Below the pieces are notes generated by a model that saw only the letters and a list, made by a program, of their open reading frames with translations, was not told the origin of the DNA and searched no databases. DNA of 64,000 nt from an uncultured delta proteobacterium (GTDB lineage Bacteria; Desulfobacterota; Desulfobacteria; Desulfobacterales; JAFDCJ01), in assembly GCA_963769935.1 (NCBI GenBank), contig CAVYNY010000008.1, forward strand, positions 1 through 64,000, given 5' to 3'. Made by a program: the position numbers and the translations under genes. Below are positions 9,815-20,375 of the stretch, in pieces. The number at the start of each line of letters is the position of its first letter. Positions within the stretch are counted from its first letter, which is position 1.

Positions 9815-11305
9815 CTACGGCAAGGGGCCGACGTTGCCCTCAATGTGCCTGGTAACAAATTTGTAAGCAAGTTCGCCAATCTCAGGGCCAAATTCCCTGC
9901 TGGCTTCGATGGCACTAAGAAAGTGCAAGCCTCCCCATAAACGGGATAGACCGCATTCGTTTGCAAAGCCGGACCAGGTTGGCCATGGACCGAGAATTAT
10001 ATCCTCTTTTGGCGTGATCCCCGGTTCGACAGTTGAGGATCCCATTGGCGTGGGAACCGACCAATTGAGGTCGTTACTGCCGAAAAAACGCCTTGCGGCT
10101 TGTGCTTGCGCCTCACACATTGCGGTTGAAACTGAAGGATACTCCGGGTGATCCGGCAGGTTCAGGTATTCCTTCCACCGACTCGCCGGCAGGTCTGTGA
10201 CGGTGCCCATGCCCGGTCCGCCCCAAGCCGTCACAGGCCGATCTCCATACAAATAGCGGATTGCGCTAAACGGGCGCACGGAATTCCACTTGGTCTTTTC
10301 ATTCCAGGATACGATTCCGGCGTCAAAGGCAGCGACATTTGTCATGAAATCAAGGTGAATAAAGTCCTGCAGACCCAAATCGTGCGACTGAGCGGCAAAT
10401 AAGACGGAAAATCCGAGAGCTCGGATTTTATTATTGAAAAGCTCAGCAGCCATCTTTTGGTAGTCCGTCAGATTTGCAGAGGCTTGTAACACTTCATCCG
10501 CCTGATTTTTATAAGCTTTACGTCCACGCCACCCCCTCGGATTACTGGCAAAAGGCCTTGGCGTGTGAAACTTATTCGGGTTTTTAAATGAATACGGCGT
10601 AACATAGCGATATTGCGGTGTAACGAACTGCTGTACGTGAAAGGTTCCGTTGCCCATTGGGATGACTCTCGGTTGCCACTTCGATGGATCTCGCAGCTCA
10701 TAAGCCGTATTCACCGGCTTGAAGCCGGTATAATCCTCGTATGGTTCCAGGTTGTACACGCTGCCATCATAATCTCCCAGCTGGTTCATTCCGTCATCCT
10801 CACGAAACAACACCACCGCCTCGCCTGCGAGATTGCCGATTCCAATTGGCGTGGCCGTGTCCTCAGATGCATCATCAGGATCGAGTTCGACCGAGGTCAG
10901 CATGTCGCGCCAAATACCACTCCGGTTCGGCAGCAGGCTATTTAGCACATGATAGCTGGCATAGAGGCACGCCACGTTGATGTTTCTGTTCGTCGTGCTC
11001 TCACTCTCCGGGCGACGGCCAAGCCTTGAATAGACCCCTTGCGCTGTCGGATGGTATGGCGCCGATGCGTCAAACCAGGCATTGGTTATCAGGGTTGTGA
11101 TTCGAATCACAAGCGAGACATCGGAACCGGTAGGCGAAACGTCGCTGAAAATGTAGGGCACCACGCTTGGAATAATCACCTCGACTGGTGCGTTTCCGGT
11201 GTCCATATCAAATGCGCTCGCGGCCGGAGCGACCTGTAAGATCGCCGTCAATAATCCCACGGCAATTAATATGGCTGAAGGTCTATTATTTCTCTGCTGT
11301 TTCAT
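9815..11305 (-). CDS. Secreted vanadium-dependent haloperoxidase/PAP2-like protein (DUF6851-type N-terminus)
   Basis: Signal peptide; KWNSVRP, HPEYPS, SRLWGGLHF motifs; AGGAG RBS. Confidence 0.8.
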   Translation of the reverse strand: MKQQRNNRPSAILIAVGLLTAILQVAPAASAFDMDTGNAPVEVIIPSVVPYIFSDVSPTGSDVSLVIRITTLITNAWFDASAPYHPTAQGVYSRLGRRPESESTTNRNINVACLYASYHVLNSLLPNRSGIWRDMLTSVELDPDDASEDTATPIGIGNLAGEAVVLFREDDGMNQLGDYDGSVYNLEPYEDYTGFKPVNTAYELRDPSKWQPRVIPMGNGTFHVQQFVTPQYRYVTPYSFKNPNKFHTPRPFASNPRGWRGRKAYKNQADEVLQASANLTDYQKMAAELFNNKIRALGFSVLFAAQSHDLGLQDFIHLDFMTNVAAFDAGIVSWNEKTKWNSVRPFSAIRYLYGDRPVTAWGGPGMGTVTDLPASRWKEYLNLPDHPEYPSVSTAMCEAQAQAARRFFGSNDLNWSVPTPMGSSTVEPGITPKEDIILGPWPTWSGFANECGLSRLWGGLHFLSAIEASREFGPEIGELAYKFVTRHIEGNVGPLP

Positions 11306-11938
11306 GTTTATCTCCTTTCAAACCTGGTGTAGGTTTCTTCGGTTTGGGATTTGCTTCAGCAATCCAAAAGTTAACTTAAAATCAATCTGATCACCTGCTG
11401 AAGGCAATACATAGATGAAACCCAACATCGCAAGAATATGGTCCAATTCATGAAATGACCAAAATATCAAAGAGCTTTTAAAGCAGAATCGATGAAGACT
11501 CTCGCGAGAAGTCGTTTTCAACCGGATTATTGCAGAATGTGCTGCGATGAAATAGGCAAAATTTTACAGCCTCTAATTGGAGGTTGCGAATGTGGCGCTT
11601 GCCAAGAGTAGCAGAGGATTTAGGAAAATATTTTATAGAATTGATTAGAAAGCGTAAATTCCAATTTCGTTCAGTGTAAAAAATACCACAATGTCTGACC
11701 TCCATTATACAGATTAGATTTAAAAGTTGATTTGTCAACGTAGATTTGAAAAAAATTTAAAATTATTAGGCCAAAATTGGAGGCTTCGATTCGACGGCAA
11801 TAAAAAGACAATCAATGAATTCAGATTAATCTGCACCGGTTTCGAAAAGCCCTCGAGCCTGCCCAAAGCAAGCGGTTTGGCTCCTCCTATATCCATCTAA
11901 AATGCAATCTCCTTTCCCTCGATGGGGAGCTTTGCCGG

Positions 11939-12601
11939 GTGGATGTGGACGAATTTTTCTGCAAAATGGAAGAAGGCGCGCGAAAGGAGCTGCAGGGGGA
12001 TCTCAAAGAGGCCCTTGGCGTTTATGGGGAAGCCGAATCTCTTTACGGGGGGGATTTCCTGGCCGAGGAGCTCTATTCCCCCTGGGTGACGGCCAAAAGG
12101 GAGGAAATTCACAGAAAATATCTCGATATTTTATCGAAGATGGCTCACCTGTATGAGAAACAGGGGAGATTCAAAAAGGCCATTGTCTACAACAAGAAGT
12201 TGATCCAGGCGGACCCTTCCCTCGAGGCAGCCTACCGGAGCCTCATGATTCTATATGCAAATCGGGGCTTGCGTGCGGAGGCACTCAGAACCTATGAGGC
12301 ATGCTGCAAGGCGCTGCACCGCTATCCGAAAGCGATTGCTGGTGTCTATTTCTCGTTAGCGACTCCTTTTCTGGAGATTATCGATGCTCCCAATTTTGTG
12401 GTGGACTGGGCATATGGAAATTCGAAGGGCAAAACGACAGTTTTAAGAGTCGCCGGATCCTGTTGGGGTAATCCCGATGAACGCAGTCCCGCAGCGTTTG
12501 TCAATCAGGTCACAAAGCAGTGTTACCGGATAGAGATATATCTGGCCAAACGTTTCCGCCTCAAACCGGGCCTTTTTACCAGTTCCCTCGCCTTTATCTG
12601 A
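11939..12601 (+). pseudogene. Chimeric remnant: BTAD/TPR activator fragment fused to DUF927-like (phage primase-associated) fragment
   Basis: LYGGDFLAEELYSPW..DPSLEAAYRSLM (BTAD), then NFVVDW..GNSKGKTTVL..SCWGNP. Confidence 0.6.
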
Positions 12602-12733
12602 TCGATTGCTTCTTACCTCGGGCAACTGCGTCAGCTTTTTTCTGAAAGTGCCAGAAGGCCGGTTGTAGCTCTCTCCCCTTTCACGTCCCAGCCGCCATTT
12701 GTGACCGGAGTCACGTGGTACAATCTTTTATGC
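12600..12733 (-). pseudogene. DUF2188-like small protein remnant
   Basis: Minus strand YHVTPVTNGGWDVKGE, then after a frameshift GTFRKKADAVARG. Confidence 0.45.
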
Positions 12734-13032
12734 CTAATTTAAGTGGCTTCCTTTAAGAATGTCTAAATTTGATCGGATAATATAGATTTTAAGAGTTTAT
12801 CGATTTTTTGCCGACGAAACAAAACCCTTCAATTATCTTTGTGTCAACTCCTCCAAATTTTTCTAACTCATCCATAAAAATATTCTAAAACTCGTTATTA
12901 CCCGATTCTTTAATAATCCAATTCAGACTTTTATCCTTTGTTCTAAGCAGTGGTAATTACGGCAGTAATTTGTCGTAGGTAAAAACCGCATAAACTTATC
13001 CGGTCTTTAATGTCGGAAATGAGAGCTAACCG

Positions 13033-14301
13033 TTGACCTATGACGCTCAAAAGGATATTTTGACCCCCGAGGAGGTCTCCCAATATCTGCGCAAAAGCAC
13101 CAGCTGGGTTTACAAAAACTGGCCGGCATTGGCGGCAGGAAACTTGGAGGTTCTCTATTTTTTCCTGGAAAGGAGGACCTCTATGTGCGTCTATTTTGTA
13201 AAAGGCAAGGACAAGGGGTGGAGGTACGACTTCACCCTGAAGGGGATCAGGTACACGGAAGCCTGGTTCAAAACCAAAAAAAAAGCAAAGGAGGCAGAAG
13301 CAAAGCAACGAGAAGAGCTGAAAAGGCCGAAACTTCCGATTCCAACAGAACAGACCCCGATCGACATGGACTTCTTGGAGCTGGTAAATAAGCGACTGGA
13401 TCACGTTAAAGCGTATAATTCAGAACGGCATTACACGGATCATATATACATGGCCAGACGCTGGATTAAAGAATGGAAGGGATTAACCTGTTCGGAAATT
13501 TCAACCGACATGATCCAAAACTTTCTGCTCAAGCGATTGAGAGAAACCTCGCCATTCACGGCAAACAAGGAGCTACGGTATCTGCGGTCACTTTTCAATT
13601 ATGGATTACACCCGCGGTGCGAAACTTGATCACCCATAATCCGACCCGTGGCATCGAATTTTTTCCGGTGGACAAACAGATCAAATATGTGCCACCGAAC
13701 GAGGATGTGTTGCGTGTGATTTTAGCCGCTGAGCCGGATAGTCAGGAATATTTGTGGACGATCGCCCTGACAATAGCAAGAATGAGCGAGATAAACCGTC
13801 TGACATGGCAGGATGTGAATTTTACGGAAAGTTACCTGGTGCTGTAAACACGCAAGAAAAAAGGCGGGCACCGAACTCCGAGAAAGATCCCCATGACCGA
13901 CAAGCTACTTGATGTGCTTTCTCGCCGTTACGCCAAATGTGACAAAAGCGTACCTTGGGTGTTTTGCATCGTTACTGGAGTCGCAAAGTTGATGAATGGA
14001 TGGTCCCTACAAAGAGCGAAAAAAGATCATGCGAACGCTCTGCGACAGGGCTATAGTCAGATACTTCCGCTACCATGCGTTTCGTCATTTCGGCGCATCT
14101 TTGCTTGAGCAGTCAAATGTTCCGATTGGATCGATTCAGCGGATTCTTGGCCATGAAAACAGGTTAACGACTGAGCTTTATCTGCATTCAATTGGGGAGT
14201 CTGAGAGGCAAGCGATGGTCGTGTTCAATGAACGTTTTAGAAATTTTTCTCACACAGATTCTCACACAGATGAGAAAAGGGATATGACCGAATCGTCCTA
14301 A
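13033..14301 (+). pseudogene. Excisionase-like HTH plus tyrosine integrase, broken by frameshifts and a stop
   Basis: LTPEEVSQYLRKSTSWVY HTH; integrase from ATG 13183 with AGGAGG RBS; ARMSEI, HAFRH, LGH, ELYLH catalytic motifs; TAA at 13845. Confidence 0.85.
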
Positions 14302-14316
14302 CCCCTTGATTTTAAC

Positions 14317-14394
14317 TGGTGCGCCAGGCAGGATTTGAACCTGCGACCGACGGATTCGTAGTCCGGCGCTCTATCCGGGCTGAGCTACTGGCGC
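14317..14394 (-). tRNA. tRNA-Arg (ACG)
   Basis: GCGCCAGTAGCTCAG..CT ACG AA..GGTTCAAATCC..GGCGCACCA cloverleaf. Confidence 0.97.
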
Positions 14395-14484
14395 ATTTTA
14401 ATACTGTTTGAAATTTACGTGGAACATAAGCTAAAGTGATTTTGATGTCAATGGATTTATTGCTGGATACTTGGTGCTGGATAA

Positions 14485-14943
14485 ATGATTAAACCCCATG
14501 AACATTTCATAAGACTTGCGCTTGAAGAAGCGAAAAAAGCTGGACAAATCGGCGAAGTTCCGATAGGTGCAGTACTCGTTGCCGAAAACGGGGAAGTTCT
14601 ATCAGCCGCTTACAACCGGACCATTGAACTGGCAGACCCGACCGCACATGCCGAAGTTCTGGCGCTACGGCAAGCTTCTTCTAAAATCTGCAATTACAGA
14701 TTGTTAAATACGACGCTATATGTCACCGTCGAACCGTGCATCATGTGTATGGGGGCCATTGTACACGCCAGGGTTTCACGACTGGTTTTTGGTGCGCCTG
14801 ATCCCAAATGGGGAGCGGCGGGTTCGTTATATAATTTCGCCCAGGATGACCGCCTGAATCACCGGGTGGATGTCCTAAAGGGAGTCTTGGAAGAAGACTG
14901 CCGCAAACGGATGCAGGATTTTTTTCGTGCGAAACGAGTGTGA
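14485..14943 (+). CDS. tadA: tRNA adenosine(34) deaminase
   Basis: GEVPIGAV, PTAHAE, TVEPCIMC motifs. Confidence 0.95.
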   Translation: MIKPHEHFIRLALEEAKKAGQIGEVPIGAVLVAENGEVLSAAYNRTIELADPTAHAEVLALRQASSKICNYRLLNTTLYVTVEPCIMCMGAIVHARVSRLVFGAPDPKWGAAGSLYNFAQDDRLNHRVDVLKGVLEEDCRKRMQDFFRAKRV

Positions 14944-15072
14944 GATTTCAGCAACAAATTAGATGCTTGAAACTAGCCACAAATTAACGCGAATTGTGTC
15001 GAACTTATTTTTTTTCATTACATATGCTGCTGCTTTCGACCATTGCAATAATTCGTGTCAATAAGTGGTTAA

Positions 15073-16407
<1,335 letters not shown>

Positions 16408-16539
16408 CTGAGTTTATTGTGTTGATTGTGTTCGTTGAGTTGGTTGAGTTCATCGTTTCAATCTAATCAGCTAATCAACTCATTCAACCAAAGCAACTCT
16501 TTTGGCGCCATCGCGAACAAAAATATCTCATTATATTGG

Positions 16540-16568
16540 TTGACATTCAGAAAACTATATTTTAAAAG
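16540..16568 (+). promoter_or_regulatory. Sigma70-like promoter for tRNA-Pro
   Basis: TTGACA at 16540; 17 bp spacer; TAAAAG shortly before the tRNA. Confidence 0.55.
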
Positions 16569-16578
16569 CAGAATTTGT

Positions 16579-16655
16579 CGGGACGTGGCTCAGTCTGGTA
16601 GAGCACAGCGTTCGGGACGCTGGGGTCGCTGGTTCAAATCCAGCCGTCCCGACCA
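16579..16655 (+). tRNA. tRNA-Pro (CGG)
   Basis: CGGGACGTGGCTCAG..TT CGG GA..GGTTCAAATCC..CCCGACCA. Confidence 0.97.
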
Positions 16656-16691
16656 ATTACGCACTCAATATTAAAGCTTACTCTAAAGAAA

Positions 16692-16742
16692 GAAAATCCT
16701 GATTAGTGAGACCATTTTGGAGCCACTTTTCAGGATTTTTTT
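16692..16742 (+). terminator. Probable terminator after tRNA-Pro
   Basis: AAAATCCTGA...TCAGGATTTT followed by T run. Confidence 0.55.
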
Positions 16743-16743
16743 G

Positions 16744-16992
16744 TTATTTTATCAGCCGGGGATCAAATTCGAATTTTGTGGGACTGCCGATCTTTAATTT
16801 CGTAAAATCAGGGTGAACCGGATTGATAAGGTGTAAACTACCGCAAACCCTTTGCTGTTCCATCGCCCACCATAACGGCGTGAGCCCTCACCGGTAAAAG
16901 CACGATCTGCAATATGCGCTTGTACGATTCGCCAAGCAAATGACATTATGAGAATACACCATGTTCAAGGCGGCCAAGCAAATCTTCAACTA
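16744..16992 (-). pseudogene. Xre/RES toxin-antitoxin remnant
   Basis: Antitoxin C-terminus VEDLLGRLEHGVFS* overlapping ATG 16946 of RES fragment AFTGEGSRRYGGRWNSKGFAVVYT, joined to RES C-terminus LINPVHPDF..FDPRL. Confidence 0.75.
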
Positions 16993-17142
16993 CGAAATCG
17001 TGGACACAGATTTTCACAGATGCACACAGATTCAAAAACCAATGAACCCCATCGCCTCGGCAAGAAAAAAACAGGCTAATTTCTTCCTGCAGACTATGCT
17101 GGACTACACCTTCCGCCGCCGGGCGAACCTAAAATAGTTTAT

Positions 17143-17299
17143 CTGTACTACTAATATGAAAATTCTTTAAATTTTATTAAGCAAAATAAGCCGAAAGGGC
17201 TGAAATTCTAATAATTCAAACAGGTTGTAATAAAGTTTCAGCATGGGCAAAAACGGTCATAATCGCCCACAAAAATTTGGTTGCGGCTCTGCCGCGCTG
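17143..17299. mobile_element. Non-coding mini-element sharing both ends with the adjacent 1.74-kb element
   Basis: Left 43 bp match 17297-17339 at 39/43; right 25 bp identical to 19016-19040. Confidence 0.8.
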
Positions 17300-19040
17300 T
17301 ACTACTAACGTGTAAATTCTTTAATTTTTATTAAGCAAATCATGCTGCAAGAGCTGTAATTCTTGTAATTGGAATATGTTGAGTTTGAATGACAGCAGTG
17401 ACAATTTGACGACCCTTATCAGTCAAAACATAGCGAAAAGTGCGCGGTACCTTACGGATGATTCCGTGGGCGCGAAGCATACGGAGTCGGTAAGTGATCT
17501 GGGCGGACAGACGCCGTTTTGTATGGGTATCATGATTTCCGGGATAGAATTGTTGCTGAATATCTCTATTTCTAAATCCGTTGATATTGAATTCGCCTCG
17601 GCTGATTATTTCCAGAAGGGATGTATCCTCTTTAGCCCATGGACGGAGGGCACGAACCCGCTGGCTCTTCCAACAAGTGGGGCGGCAAACCGACTCGACG
17701 ATCTCACCCAACAAACGATCCACTTTGATAGAGGCCAGGGCAGCCAGATACCGTTGGTTGGATGCTTGAGAAATTTGGGCTCGCCGATGCAGATCGGCAA
17801 TGCCTTTACGCATTCGCTGCCAGGAACAGAGGCCTTCGGGGTCCCCTTCTTTTGGACGATACACCTTGAAATCCCGGGTGGTATTCATTGTGGTCTCGAC
17901 GCGAAGCACACTTCCCTGCTTGTCGTAGATTTTTACCGAGTTGGCTTTGAGTTGATGCTTAAGTCGGATGCCTTCGGTCCGGTGTCTATAATGGCTGACG
18001 ACTTCACCTTGGAAATTGCCATGGGGTTTTTTCCCCAAAAAACGCATGACATCCTGACTGCCGAATACCGAGATGCCGCTGCGTACCAGGGTTGGGTAGA
18101 TCCTGGCCAGGCTTTCAGCAGATTTGAACATGATATCCGTGGCCCATTCACTCTGGTGGGTCGACCAATAATAAGGTTCCCGAAAAGGTGCCAGCATGGC
18201 ATCATGATCCGGATTCAAACGACGGGCAATTTCGTCGAGTGTGGCCGGCCAATTTGTCTGCAATTGCTGGTTCATCAATTCTTGGGCTTTCTCGATTTGA
18301 TCAATCCACGGAAAACAGTTATCCCGTCTTTGGTAACGAAGTCCCAGTCGATCCATTTGTCGGGCCAACCATTCGCGCCCGTTGAGACAAATCTGGATAG
18401 AGAAGGGAAACCAGCTTTGGATCCGTGCATTCATAAACCCGAATATTTCATCGATCCAGTAATGATACAGAAACAAGCACTTTCTTATTCGCGGCTGGAG
18501 CTCGAGTTTTTTCTGTTGCCGGTTCCGAAATATTTCATAACTTTGACAGGGTTCCACGGCGGTCAAAACGCAAATCAATCCCTTACGAATCCCATCGCGC
18601 TGAACAATTTTACGGGCCTGCTCCTCCTTATTTGTCTTGGCAGAAGCAAGATAGATAACAGGGCGAGCCTCCCGGTGAGCTTGTGCACAGGAGGCTTCTT
18701 TCAATTGTTTGCTTTTATCCAGAAACATTTTACCGCAATCTTTCAATCGAACCCCTGTATTCCAAAGGTAGCTCATCATTCCACTTTTGACTGCCAAAAC
18801 TCGCAACGTGCCGCGCAGAACCAAACGGTCAAAACCGCTAAGATGCCCGATGATTTGTTTTTCATATTGTGTTATAAAACTGTCCATGGCGTCCTCCTGG
18901 GTGTTGGTGGTTGTTGGCACTTCCAACAATACCCCAGTTGTGACGCCATTTCTATTTTGTTTTTCAAGTGCTTGCAAAAAGCATTTGAATCGAGTCAATC
19001 CGAAATTAAGAGCTTATTTGGTTGCGGCTCTGCCGCGCTG
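17297..19040 (-). mobile_element. Unclassified single-gene insertion element (no TIRs, CTG at junctions, subterminal GCGGC-TCT-GCCGC hairpin)
   Basis: Ends defined by the mini-element; removal restores a dispersed repeat. Confidence 0.8.
17340..18887 (-). CDS. 515-aa putative transposase/replication-initiator-like protein with C-terminal winged helix
   Basis: AGGAGG RBS before MDSFITQ; motifs GFDRL, LNGREWL, KIYDK..LRVETT, YRLRMLRAHGII..RY. Confidence 0.75.
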   Translation of the reverse strand: MDSFITQYEKQIIGHLSGFDRLVLRGTLRVLAVKSGMMSYLWNTGVRLKDCGKMFLDKSKQLKEASCAQAHREARPVIYLASAKTNKEEQARKIVQRDGIRKGLICVLTAVEPCQSYEIFRNRQQKKLELQPRIRKCLFLYHYWIDEIFGFMNARIQSWFPFSIQICLNGREWLARQMDRLGLRYQRRDNCFPWIDQIEKAQELMNQQLQTNWPATLDEIARRLNPDHDAMLAPFREPYYWSTHQSEWATDIMFKSAESLARIYPTLVRSGISVFGSQDVMRFLGKKPHGNFQGEVVSHYRHRTEGIRLKHQLKANSVKIYDKQGSVLRVETTMNTTRDFKVYRPKEGDPEGLCSWQRMRKGIADLHRRAQISQASNQRYLAALASIKVDRLLGEIVESVCRPTCWKSQRVRALRPWAKEDTSLLEIISRGEFNINGFRNRDIQQQFYPGNHDTHTKRRLSAQITYRLRMLRAHGIIRKVPRTFRYVLTDKGRQIVTAVIQTQHIPITRITALAA

Positions 19041-19155
19041 AGAAAATCTGTGTCCCAAAATTTTTTACCACTTTTCAAATGATCAAAACAAAGGAAATGA
19101 AACCTGATCTGACCGATTTCCAGGCCGCTTTGCGGGAGGAGCATCACTCTCAGCT

Positions 19156-19605
19156 TTATATCATCCCGGCCAATCCCTCCAGTGCCAGCAGATATCCGTA
19201 CGATCCGAAACCGGCGATCCGCGCCGTGACAATATCTGCGATCATCGACTGATGGCGGAAGGGTTCTCTTTTATTGACGTTGGACAGGTGTATCTCGACG
19301 ATTGGAACATCCAGCATCGCCAGCGCGTCCCGAATGGCGATGCTGGTATGGGTAAAAGCGGCGGGATTGATGATGATTCCCTGGCAGTTGCCCATGGCCT
19401 GCTGAATTTCGTCAACAATCGCCCCTTCATAGTTGGATTGAAAAGTTGCGACCTTCAGGCCAAGATCTTCACCCAATGCTTTAAGTTCTGAGTCTATCTC
19501 TTCAAGGCCCTTGTGGCCATAAATTTCGGGCTCTCGCTTGCCGAGCATATTCAGGTTGGGGCCATGAATGACCAGGATTTTTTTCGCATCGGATCTTTCC
19601 GGCAT
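19156..19605 (-). CDS. aroQ: Type II 3-dehydroquinate dehydratase
   Basis: HGPNLNMLGKREPEIYG, NPAAFTHTS, EIHLSN. Confidence 0.97.
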   Translation of the reverse strand: MPERSDAKKILVIHGPNLNMLGKREPEIYGHKGLEEIDSELKALGEDLGLKVATFQSNYEGAIVDEIQQAMGNCQGIIINPAAFTHTSIAIRDALAMLDVPIVEIHLSNVNKREPFRHQSMIADIVTARIAGFGSYGYLLALEGLAGMI

Positions 19606-19634
19606 AATTTAGCTCCTCTTAATCAACCCATCAT

Positions 19635-20375
19635 TTAACCGACCAAATCGCCCTGCTCCAATCTGGCATTGATGTCTTTCATAATATCGATAAATTCATT
19701 CCGTTTTTTTCTGGCGTGCGGGTTGTAGCGATGCATATCCATGAACAATTGCCAGGTGTCGCGCTCGACAACTTCCAGAATGTGCAGGAGCCTTTTATAC
19801 CCCTCCGTATCGATATCGAGCCGGCCGGCGCCGGATTCCGATAAGGTCCGGCCGATCAAATGAGTCAGGGCCAGGCTGGTGGCGATCTGCCTGTCATGCT
19901 CCGTTGCAGATGCTTCGATGACGACCAAGCCTTTGGCTTCTAAATAAGTTTTAACATTGAGGTACTGTATTTCAGAAATTCTCACTTTACACAAACAGAT
20001 CTTTCTTCCCACCAGGGAATCCGAGGCGCTGTCCGGACCAAACATGGGATGGGTTGCCAGAATTGATACCGTAGCGGGCAGGATCTCTTTCATCCATTGG
20101 ATGGGATATTCTTTAACGGAACACACATCGACTATCAGCGCATCCGGTTTTATCAACGGGGAGATGTCTTTTAGAATATTCCGGAAGATCGAAATGGGCA
20201 CACTCGGTATTACGATATCCTGTCTGCATACCATTTCAAGAGGCGCCGCGCGGGCACCGGTCAAATTGATCTCCGATGATTTATCGGCTCTGTTATAGAC
20301 GAAGACTTCAAAGTCTTCCGCCAGATAATGCGCTGCGAGTTTCCCGAATCTGCCGAATCCAATAATCCCAATCAT
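19635..20375 (-). CDS. tyrA: Prephenate/arogenate dehydrogenase
   Basis: GFGRFG, DVCSVK, THPMFGP, EHD. Confidence 0.88.
   Translation of the reverse strand: MIGIIGFGRFGKLAAHYLAEDFEVFVYNRADKSSEINLTGARAAPLEMVCRQDIVIPSVPISIFRNILKDISPLIKPDALIVDVCSVKEYPIQWMKEILPATVSILATHPMFGPDSASDSLVGRKICLCKVRISEIQYLNVKTYLEAKGLVVIEASATEHDRQIATSLALTHLIGRTLSESGAGRLDIDTEGYKRLLHILEVVERDTWQLFMDMHRYNPHARKKRNEFIDIMKDINARLEQGDLVG

Noticed and set aside
16426..16674. 82-aa ORF
   Set aside because: Overlaps a repeat element and tRNA-Pro
17275..19040. 25-bp direct repeats read as a CRISPR array, att sites or a long TSD
   Set aside because: Only two copies 1.7 kb apart, no cas or recombinase gene; better explained as right ends of two tandem elements
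17376..19082. 568-aa antisense ORF over the element's gene
   Set aside because: TTG start, no RBS or recognisable motifs, and it crosses the element boundary; likely a shadow ORF
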